From Bacteroidales bacterium (lineage in GTDB: Bacteria > Bacteroidota > Bacteroidia > Bacteroidales > VadinHA17), in the NCBI GenBank assembly GCA_036261255.1, contig DATALD010000035.1, forward strand, positions 683 through 64,682: a stretch of 64,000 bases of DNA. The letters are read 5' to 3'. Under the pieces are notes generated by a model, which ran no database searches, was not told the origin of the DNA, and saw only the letters and a program-made list of their open reading frames with translations. The position numbers and the translations under genes were made by a program. Positions 16,691 through 24,417 of this stretch are shown here, piece by piece. Every line of letters begins with the position of its first letter. Position 1 is the stretch's first letter.

Positions 16691-17476
16691 ATGAGCAACG
16701 ATATACTTTCAAACCGGGAATTACGTAGATATAACAGGCAGATTATGATTCCGGAAATTGGAATCGAAGGTCAGGAAAAACTTAAAAAATCTAAGGTTCT
16801 TGTTATTGGCGCAGGTGGGTTAGGATGCCCTGTGCTTCAATACCTTTCAGCCTGTGGTATCGGGAACATTGCAATTATCGATTTCGACATCGTTGATGAG
16901 ACTAACCTAGCACGCCAGGCTCTTTACGGAGCATCTGACCTGGGCAAGCTCAAGTCAATAATTGCAAAGAACAGACTTGAATATCTGAATCCTCTTTGTG
17001 AGTATACCGTTATTAATAAGAAGCTTGATAGCTCAACAAGTGCAGACTTCATAAAGAACTATGATGTTATTGTTGATGCCACAGATCATCCTGAAGCAAG
17101 ATATCTGATTAACGATGCCTGCCTGGTTACAGGCAAACCTATGGTTCATGGCGCAATTTTCAAGTACGAAAGCATTGTTTCAGTATTCAACTATAACGGA
17201 GGACCATCGTACCGCAAATTCAACCCTGAAACAATCAAAAACGATTATCTTAATCCTTTACCTTCACATGTAGGCTTCTTCGGTGTTTTACCGGGAATAA
17301 CAGGAACATACATGGCCAATGAGGTGATAAAAATAATTACCGGCTCAGGCGAAGTCCTCAGTGGAAAAATATTATTAATAAATATCTTTAGCAATACTTT
17401 CACTACCTTCACATTTGAAGAAAAGAAAGAAAAAGAAAGGGTCATGCAACCTGATGATTCAATGGTAACTGTTTAA
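16691..17476 (+). CDS. HesA/MoeB/ThiF-family adenylyltransferase
   Basis: YNRQIMIPEIGIEGQEKLKKSKVLVIGAGGLGCPVLQYLSACGIGNIAIIDFDIVDETNLARQ, the Rossmann GxGxxG fold of E1-like enzymes. Confidence 0.85.
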   Translation: MSNDILSNRELRRYNRQIMIPEIGIEGQEKLKKSKVLVIGAGGLGCPVLQYLSACGIGNIAIIDFDIVDETNLARQALYGASDLGKLKSIIAKNRLEYLNPLCEYTVINKKLDSSTSADFIKNYDVIVDATDHPEARYLINDACLVTGKPMVHGAIFKYESIVSVFNYNGGPSYRKFNPETIKNDYLNPLPSHVGFFGVLPGITGTYMANEVIKIITGSGEVLSGKILLINIFSNTFTTFTFEEKKEKERVMQPDDSMVTV

Positions 17477-17486
17477 ATTCACTTCA

Positions 17487-18197
17487 ATGAAGCTTTTGCT
17501 AATAAGCAATTCAACAAATCCCGGTGAACCATACCTCGATTATCCAAAAAACAGCATTAAAAAATTCCTTGGTGTAAAACCTTTAAAGGCATTGTTCATA
17601 CCTTATGCTGCAGTCACATTCTCCTTTGACGATTATGAACGCAAGGTTATGGAGCGCTTCAATGAGATAGGTCACGATGTAGTTTCAATCCATCATTTTG
17701 ACGATCCGGTAAAAGCTGTAAAAGAAAGCAATGCGATCGTAATCGGAGGTGGTAATACCTGGAAGCTGCTAAAGCTTATTCATGATAATAACCTCATTGA
17801 TATAATAAAAGCAAAAGTGCTCAATGGTACACCATATATAGGATGGAGTGCGGGCTCGAATGTTGCATGCCCAACTCTCCGTACGACAAATGATATGCCT
17901 GTTATTTACCCCGGTTCATTTGATGCTCTTAACCTTATACCCTTCCAGATAAATCCTCATTATCTTGATGCCAATCCGGCAGGTCATGCCGGCGAGACAA
18001 GGGAACAAAGGATTGAAGAGTTCATTGAGATAAACCCATCTGTAACTGTTGCCGGCTTAAGAGAAGGCACAATGCTACTCCTTGAAAACGGGACTTTGAA
18101 ACTCATTGGACCACGATCAATGAGAGTATTCAAAAAAGGATCACAGCCACAGGAACTTACATCAACTGATGATTTGACTTTTCTGCTTCAGCATTAA
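17487..18197 (+). CDS. pepE: Dipeptidase E (peptidase S51, alpha-aspartyl dipeptidase)
   Basis: MKLLLISNST...IGWSAGSNVACPTLRTTNDMPVIYPGSFDALNLIPFQINPHY...GETREQRIEEF matches E. coli PepE closely along its whole length. Confidence 0.9.
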   Translation: MKLLLISNSTNPGEPYLDYPKNSIKKFLGVKPLKALFIPYAAVTFSFDDYERKVMERFNEIGHDVVSIHHFDDPVKAVKESNAIVIGGGNTWKLLKLIHDNNLIDIIKAKVLNGTPYIGWSAGSNVACPTLRTTNDMPVIYPGSFDALNLIPFQINPHYLDANPAGHAGETREQRIEEFIEINPSVTVAGLREGTMLLLENGTLKLIGPRSMRVFKKGSQPQELTSTDDLTFLLQH

Positions 18198-18286
18198 GAG
18201 TTTTATTTCCTGAAAAAATTACCTTTGGCTTTTAGAAATTGAATGTCACGGCAACCCAAAACATTTTTGGTGCTACCTGACAATTA

Positions 18287-20863
18287 ATGTCAAATGACCC
18301 TTATAAATTAAGATGTTTGATGCGTTATCTTCCTAAAATACTAAAGCTGTTTCTTTTTTCTATTTTAATCATAATCATCCTTGCCATCTCTGCAACTTTT
18401 CTTTTCAGGGATACAATTACCGGCATATTGATCAATTCAATAAACAGTAGCATTTCAACAACAATAAAAGCAGAAAAGGTCAAGCTTTCTTTTCTCAGAA
18501 GTTTTCCGAAGGGTTCAGTTGAGCTTAGAAATGTGGTTATAGGCTCTTCCCCTGATTTGATAAAAAGTGATTTTGAAGGACAATTTGCCGATACCCTTCT
18601 TTTTGCAAAGTCTATATTCCTCAGATTCAGGATTTCTGAAATTGTAAAGGGAAACTACAAGGTTGAAACGATCAGTGTAAAAGACGGGAAAGCTAACCTT
18701 CTTTCTGACAGATCCGGCAATACTAATTACAAAATCAGGTCAGGGAATCCAACAACTGGATCAGATAACATTAATGTTGATCTTGACAAAATATTACTTT
18801 CTGAGATAGTAACTTCGTACATCGATTTAAAGAATAAATTCATTCTTTCAGGCGATATTGACAATGCAAAACTGAAGAGCAGAATTTTTGGTGAGAAAGT
18901 TGAATTAACTGCAAAAGCTGACCTTGAGATAATCAACTTAACAATTTCAAAGACAAAGTTTAATCATCTTGGATTTGCTTCAGTTGATTTAAATATGCTT
19001 AGTTCTGAAAACGGAATAACCTTTGATGAAAGCAAGATTGATTTTGGGGTCGTCCAACTTGGAATTAATGGATCAATAGATCATGATAACGTACCAGACC
19101 TCAAAATCACAACAAGTAGAATTGGCCTTTCGAATCTTGAAAACTTTCTTCCTGTTGGTTATAGTCTTGAGAAAAAAGGATTCAAAGCAGATGGTTTACT
19201 CGAACTGACTTGCTTTGTTACTGGTCCACTGCAAGTTTCTGGAATGCCTCATCTTGAAATAGATTTCAATGTGGCAAATGGAAAAGCTTATAAGGAAAAT
19301 ACCTCGATTTTTAAAAGTGTCAATCTCTTTGGACAGTTCTCAAATGGTATAAAAAACAGTGCTTCTACAAGTTCTTTGAAACTCCGGGACCTTGAAATAA
19401 CCATGGCACAATCAGGTATCAGAGGCTCACTAATAATTTCAGATTTTATCGGGATGCCAACTGAAGCTACTTTATCAGGAAAGGTCTTCCCAAATGAGAT
19501 CCTGGAATTATTTAATCAGAAGGATGTATCTGATGTTAGTGGCTTTGCAGATGTTGATCTTAAACTCAAAACTCTATTAAAAACAGGAGATACATCTTTA
19601 ACAGAAAGAATGCTTAGGATAGAGCCAGTTGGAAAGGTAAGTCTTAATTCATTTTCATTTTACAATAATAAAAAAGATTTCGGGATAAATGATTGCAATG
19701 GCAACATCTGGTTCTCAGATATTATTCAGGCTGAAAACCTGAGATTTAACTTTAAAGATCAGAATATTAAAATAGATGGAAAATTCAACAATTTGCCCGC
19801 CTGGCTTGCAGGTAAACCTGTAATGCTTTTAGCAGATGTCGACATTGATTTCGACAGCTTTCTTCCTGGAAATGTAATCAGTGATGATAATAATTCACCG
19901 AATGGCAAAAAAGAGATCAGCTTCCCGGAGAACATCCAGTTGAACCTGAACTTTTCAGCAGGTAAAGTGATATATAAAACATTTTCTTCTTCAGATGTAA
20001 AATCATCGCTTAATTACAAATCAAAGCTTCTCACTTTTAACTCTTTGTCAATGAAATCGCTTGAAGGGGACATCTCAGGTGAAGGTTTCATTGTTAAAAA
20101 TGCTAACAGATCAATAATTTCTAGAGGTGACTTTACTTTAAAAAAGATAGATGTAAATAAGGCATTCACGACATTTGGAAATTTCGGACAGAAATTCATT
20201 GTTGCAGAAAATCTTTCAGGAAAACTTTCAGGCACGGTGTCGGTTTTATTGCCAATGGATTCATTATTCCGGATAAACACCAAAACAATTACTGCAGATG
20301 GAACATTCAATCTCGAAGAAGGTGCGCTTATCAACTTCGAACCTGTTAAACAGCTTTCTGACTTCATTGAACTCTCAGAACTTGAGAATATTCATTTCCA
20401 AAATCTTGAAAACGATTTTTATATAAGGAACAATGTACTTTTTATTCCTTCAATGGATGTAAAGTCATCTGCAGCTGATCTTACCGTTAATGGCAAACAC
20501 AGCTTCGACAATCAATATGAATATCATGTTAAGGTTTTGCTTTCCCAGATATTAAGTAAAAAAAGAAAAACAGTAAGAAAGCCTGTTACCGAGTTCGGTA
20601 CCGTTCAGGATGATGGTCTTGGAAGAACTTCACTTCTTCTTAAAATAGAAAACAAAGGAGATGATGTTAAAGTAGGATATGATATGAAGGCAGTTGGCTC
20701 GGGAGTGAAAGAAAGTATAAAAAATGAAAAACAAACAATAAAAACAATATTGAACGAGGAATACGGTTGGTATAATAATCAAGCAAAACAGGTGACAAAA
20801 ACTCCTGAACCAAAGAAGAAAAAATTCAATATCAGCTGGTCAGAAACTGACAGTATTCAATAA
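18287..20863 (+). CDS. AsmA-family / large envelope-assembly protein (N-terminal TM anchor)
   Basis: 858 aa. One N-terminal TM segment (LFLFSILIIIILAISATFLF), a long beta-rich body and a basic C-terminus. The family call rests on architecture only. Confidence 0.5.
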   Translation: MSNDPYKLRCLMRYLPKILKLFLFSILIIIILAISATFLFRDTITGILINSINSSISTTIKAEKVKLSFLRSFPKGSVELRNVVIGSSPDLIKSDFEGQFADTLLFAKSIFLRFRISEIVKGNYKVETISVKDGKANLLSDRSGNTNYKIRSGNPTTGSDNINVDLDKILLSEIVTSYIDLKNKFILSGDIDNAKLKSRIFGEKVELTAKADLEIINLTISKTKFNHLGFASVDLNMLSSENGITFDESKIDFGVVQLGINGSIDHDNVPDLKITTSRIGLSNLENFLPVGYSLEKKGFKADGLLELTCFVTGPLQVSGMPHLEIDFNVANGKAYKENTSIFKSVNLFGQFSNGIKNSASTSSLKLRDLEITMAQSGIRGSLIISDFIGMPTEATLSGKVFPNEILELFNQKDVSDVSGFADVDLKLKTLLKTGDTSLTERMLRIEPVGKVSLNSFSFYNNKKDFGINDCNGNIWFSDIIQAENLRFNFKDQNIKIDGKFNNLPAWLAGKPVMLLADVDIDFDSFLPGNVISDDNNSPNGKKEISFPENIQLNLNFSAGKVIYKTFSSSDVKSSLNYKSKLLTFNSLSMKSLEGDISGEGFIVKNANRSIISRGDFTLKKIDVNKAFTTFGNFGQKFIVAENLSGKLSGTVSVLLPMDSLFRINTKTITADGTFNLEEGALINFEPVKQLSDFIELSELENIHFQNLENDFYIRNNVLFIPSMDVKSSAADLTVNGKHSFDNQYEYHVKVLLSQILSKKRKTVRKPVTEFGTVQDDGLGRTSLLLKIENKGDDVKVGYDMKAVGSGVKESIKNEKQTIKTILNEEYGWYNNQAKQVTKTPEPKKKKFNISWSETDSIQ

Positions 20864-20918
20864 AAACAAGGATAACTGAAGATTGATAAACAAAGAATCG
20901 ACTTTAAAACTAAGTTAA

Positions 20919-22073
20919 TTGAGACTGTTCCGTCGTAAATATTTTGGTACACTATTTCTGCTGATTTTTTCAGTTGCTATAGGAATGGGTTCGCTGATCT
21001 ATACAAACGCTCTTGTCAGAGACCTGAAAGCGCAGGAAAGAAAGAACGTAGAATTATGGGCTGAAGCAACAATAAGAATATTTAACCAGACAGATCCCTC
21101 AAAGGATATAGATCTTCTCCTGACGTCAATAATTGAGAATAACAATACGGTTCCGGTTATACTTACTGATGAAAATGACAGCATTATTTCAGCAAGGAAT
21201 TTTAACCAGGCAAAAATAAATAACAACGGGTATCTTCAAAAAAAGCTGGAAGTTTTTAAGGAAAACAATGATCCTATAATAATAAATCTTGATGAAGAAC
21301 ATTTTAACCGTATCTACTATACCGATAGTACCATTCTTACAATGCTTATCTATTACCCGTATGTGCAGTTAGGGATAATTCTGATGTTCATCCTTGTATC
21401 GTATCTTGCTTTCAGTTCATCACGCAAGGCTGAACAAAACCAGGTATGGGTTTCATTGTCACGCGAGACAGCCCATCAGCTGGGCACTCCCACCTCATCA
21501 CTTGCAGGCTGGGTTGAAGTATTACAGCAGAAGTATCCGGAAAATGACTTCACTAAGGAATTATCGCTGGATGTATTAAGGCTTGAAAAGGTTACAGAGA
21601 GGTTTTCACGAATAGGTTCAAAACCTGCTCTGGTCAAAGAAAACATTAATCAGATAGTTGCAAATGCAGTTGGGTATCTGAAGAACCGCACCTCATCAAA
21701 AATCAAATTCCAGTACGATAAAAGAACTATCAAAGATGTAACCGCTCCTGTTAACTCAGCGCTGTTCGAGTGGGTTATAGAAAATGTCTGCAAAAATGCA
21801 ATCGATGCAATGGAAGGAAGTGGTACCCTGACAATTCTTATTTCGGAGAATGAACGAAATGCATTCATTGATATATCCGATACAGGAAAAGGAATACCAA
21901 AATCAGCATTTAAGAAGATCTTCAATCCAGGCTTTACAACAAAGCAGAGAGGATGGGGTGTTGGACTATCACTTGCAAGGAGGATCATTGAAGAATATCA
22001 TCATGGAAAAATTTTCGTCAGGAGCTCGGAGTTAGGAAAGGGATCGAGCATAAGGATAGTGATGAACAAGTAA
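20919..22073 (+). CDS. Sensor histidine kinase (two TM segments, HisKA-like H-box, HATPase_c)
   Basis: H-box SRETAHQLGTPTSSL. G-boxes ISDTGKGIP and GWGVGLSLARRIIE. The ORF apparently starts with TTG. Confidence 0.8.
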   Translation: MRLFRRKYFGTLFLLIFSVAIGMGSLIYTNALVRDLKAQERKNVELWAEATIRIFNQTDPSKDIDLLLTSIIENNNTVPVILTDENDSIISARNFNQAKINNNGYLQKKLEVFKENNDPIIINLDEEHFNRIYYTDSTILTMLIYYPYVQLGIILMFILVSYLAFSSSRKAEQNQVWVSLSRETAHQLGTPTSSLAGWVEVLQQKYPENDFTKELSLDVLRLEKVTERFSRIGSKPALVKENINQIVANAVGYLKNRTSSKIKFQYDKRTIKDVTAPVNSALFEWVIENVCKNAIDAMEGSGTLTILISENERNAFIDISDTGKGIPKSAFKKIFNPGFTTKQRGWGVGLSLARRIIEEYHHGKIFVRSSELGKGSSIRIVMNK

Positions 22074-22085
22074 TTGCATTTTTTA

Positions 22086-22093
22086 TATCTTTG
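22086..22093 (+). promoter_or_regulatory. Bacteroidota -7 box TAnnTTTG
   Basis: tatctttg, 8 nt before the ATG at 22102, so any leader would be very short. Confidence 0.35.
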
Positions 22094-22101
22094 CGAACTT
22101 C

Positions 22102-23364
22102 ATGAAAAGAAATGATATAGAAATAATGGCGCCGGCAGGCTCCAGGGAGTCGCTGATAGCCGCTATTCAGGGAGGTGCTGATTCAGTATATTTCGGTGTG
22201 GGTCAGCTAAATATGAGAGCTGCTTCAAGTAATAATTTTACTCTGGATGATCTTCGGTATATAGCTCGTATTTGCAGGGAGAATGGCCTTAAAAGCTATC
22301 TAGCAGTCAACGTTGTAGTATACGATAACGAGATTGAAGAAATGCACAGGATTGTTGATTCTGCCGTTGAAAGTGGCATCTCTGCAATTATAGCTTCAGA
22401 TCTTTCGGTTATCAATTATGCTTTTTCAAAAGGTATTGAGATACATCTCTCAACCCAGCTTAACATATCAAATGTTGAGGCATTAAAGTTCTATTCTCAA
22501 TGGGCCGATGTTGTTGTACTTGCAAGAGAGCTTAATGTTGAACAGGTAAAACATATAAGTGAAGCCATCAAAAAACAGAATATAAGGGGGCCAAAAGGAG
22601 ATCTGGTAAGGATTGAGATGTTCGCCCATGGAGCGCTTTGCATGGCAATTTCAGGAAAGTGTTACCTAAGTCTCCATGAAAATAACAAGTCTGCCAACAG
22701 GGGTGAATGCTACCAGACCTGCAGAAAATCTTATACAGTTACAGGAAAAGAATCGGGTTACCAGCTTGACATCGAGAATGAATATATAATGTCGCCCAAG
22801 GATCTTTGCACGATAGGATTCCTTGATAAACTTATTGATGCCAGGGTAACGGTGCTCAAGATAGAAGGCAGGGCAAGGTCGGCCGAGTATGTCAAAACTG
22901 TTTCCGAATGTTATAATGATGCCCTTGTTGCAATTGAAAACGGAACTTACGATGATTCAGTAATAGCAATACTCCGAGAAAAGCTTGCAACAGTATTTAA
23001 CAGGGGTTTCTGGGATGGCTATTACCTCGGACAGAAGCTAGGTGAATGGAATAATACTTATGGATCAAATGCTACCAAAAGGAAGCTCTATATAGGCAAG
23101 ATAACCAATTATTTCACAAAGATTAATGTTGCCGAGATAAAGCTTGAGAATGGGGATCTTAAAACTGGCGATACAATACTTATTACAGGCCCGACAACCG
23201 GGGTGATTGAATATGTTGTGGAAGAAATAAGGGTTGAGCTGAGGGCCACTAATGCAGCTCATAAAGGCGATTTCTGTTCAATCAGGATATCAGACTTTCT
23301 CCGTCGTTCAGACAAAGTTTATAAGTGGGTTGATACTAAGGATGTTATTAAGGGAAGGCTGTAG
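22102..23364 (+). CDS. Peptidase U32 family protein (TrhP/RlhA/UbiU-type hydroxylation factor family)
   Basis: U32 signature EMFAHGALCMAISGKCYLS. 420 aa. Confidence 0.85.
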   Translation: MKRNDIEIMAPAGSRESLIAAIQGGADSVYFGVGQLNMRAASSNNFTLDDLRYIARICRENGLKSYLAVNVVVYDNEIEEMHRIVDSAVESGISAIIASDLSVINYAFSKGIEIHLSTQLNISNVEALKFYSQWADVVVLARELNVEQVKHISEAIKKQNIRGPKGDLVRIEMFAHGALCMAISGKCYLSLHENNKSANRGECYQTCRKSYTVTGKESGYQLDIENEYIMSPKDLCTIGFLDKLIDARVTVLKIEGRARSAEYVKTVSECYNDALVAIENGTYDDSVIAILREKLATVFNRGFWDGYYLGQKLGEWNNTYGSNATKRKLYIGKITNYFTKINVAEIKLENGDLKTGDTILITGPTTGVIEYVVEEIRVELRATNAAHKGDFCSIRISDFLRRSDKVYKWVDTKDVIKGRL

Positions 23365-23394
23365 CGCTTAGAGGCTTTAGAGGTCATTAAAAGC

Positions 23395-24417
23395 TTAGGA
23401 TAATCCTGCTGCTTCAATCACCTTGGCACTGTTAATTTCAATATCATCAGTGTCGGTTTCAACATAGGTTATATCGGTAGTGGGTTTCTCTTTAAGCGAA
23501 TACAGGTAAGCTTTATCGTAGTATCTTAATGAGATCTCGACAGCTTTTGCAATCTCACCACGTTCTATGGCATCAATTGCTTCTTTTGTGTTATCTCCCC
23601 CAAGCCTTTTGCTGATTTTATTAACAGATGCACTCAGTAAACTACTGTCGAAAGTGGAATACTCCTTAAGGAGCCTTGGCATACGAGTCGCAATCGCCAT
23701 TTTCAGGACAACTGTTTTTGACTTCTGCATATTAAGATAAAAGCCATCAGGAATGAATACTGTTCCGATATTATGACTCTCATCTTCAAGCCATATCGGT
23801 TTTGCAGGGTCCAACCGGCTCCACTCAGTGAAAAGGTTATTTGCAAATTGTTCTGTTGAGGGTTGGGGTAACTGGCCAAGGCTTCCGAAAGCAGATCCTT
23901 TATGATTTGCAAGGCCTTCAAGATCAATTATCTGTAATCCCTTGTTCTTGAGAAAATGCAAAATATGAGTCTTGCTGCTTCCGGTCATTCCGCCAAGGAT
24001 TATCAGATTTCGTTTTTCCGATAATGAAGACAGAATATGGTTCCGATAAACCTTATAACCGCCTTCGAGTACACTGCATTCGATTCCTCCAAGAGAAAAC
24101 AACCAGGCCATTGCTTCTGAACGCATACCCCCACGCCAGCAATGAACTAGCAGTTTCCTATTTTTCGCATGTTTTAACGCTTTCTCAAACTTAATATGCA
24201 TTGAAGGACCTGTAAGTCTTAAACCTTCTGATATGGCCGCAGTTCTCCCTTCTTTTTTATATTTGGCGCCTACAATTGCCCTTTCTGAATCATCGAACAG
24301 TGGAATGTTGACAGCGCCTGGTATATGACCATTAGTAAATTCAGCAGGTGACCTTACATCAATTACAGGTATTTCAGCCGAGAGTTCAAGGAATTGTAAG
24401 ATGCTTATTTTGTTCAT
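23395..24417 (-). CDS. mnmH: tRNA 2-selenouridine synthase
   Basis: Rhodanese domain with VHCWRGGMRSEAMAWL, then P-loop GGMTGSSKT. Length and order match SelU/YbbB. Confidence 0.88.
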   Translation of the reverse strand: MNKISILQFLELSAEIPVIDVRSPAEFTNGHIPGAVNIPLFDDSERAIVGAKYKKEGRTAAISEGLRLTGPSMHIKFEKALKHAKNRKLLVHCWRGGMRSEAMAWLFSLGGIECSVLEGGYKVYRNHILSSLSEKRNLIILGGMTGSSKTHILHFLKNKGLQIIDLEGLANHKGSAFGSLGQLPQPSTEQFANNLFTEWSRLDPAKPIWLEDESHNIGTVFIPDGFYLNMQKSKTVVLKMAIATRMPRLLKEYSTFDSSLLSASVNKISKRLGGDNTKEAIDAIERGEIAKAVEISLRYYDKAYLYSLKEKPTTDITYVETDTDDIEINSAKVIEAAGLS

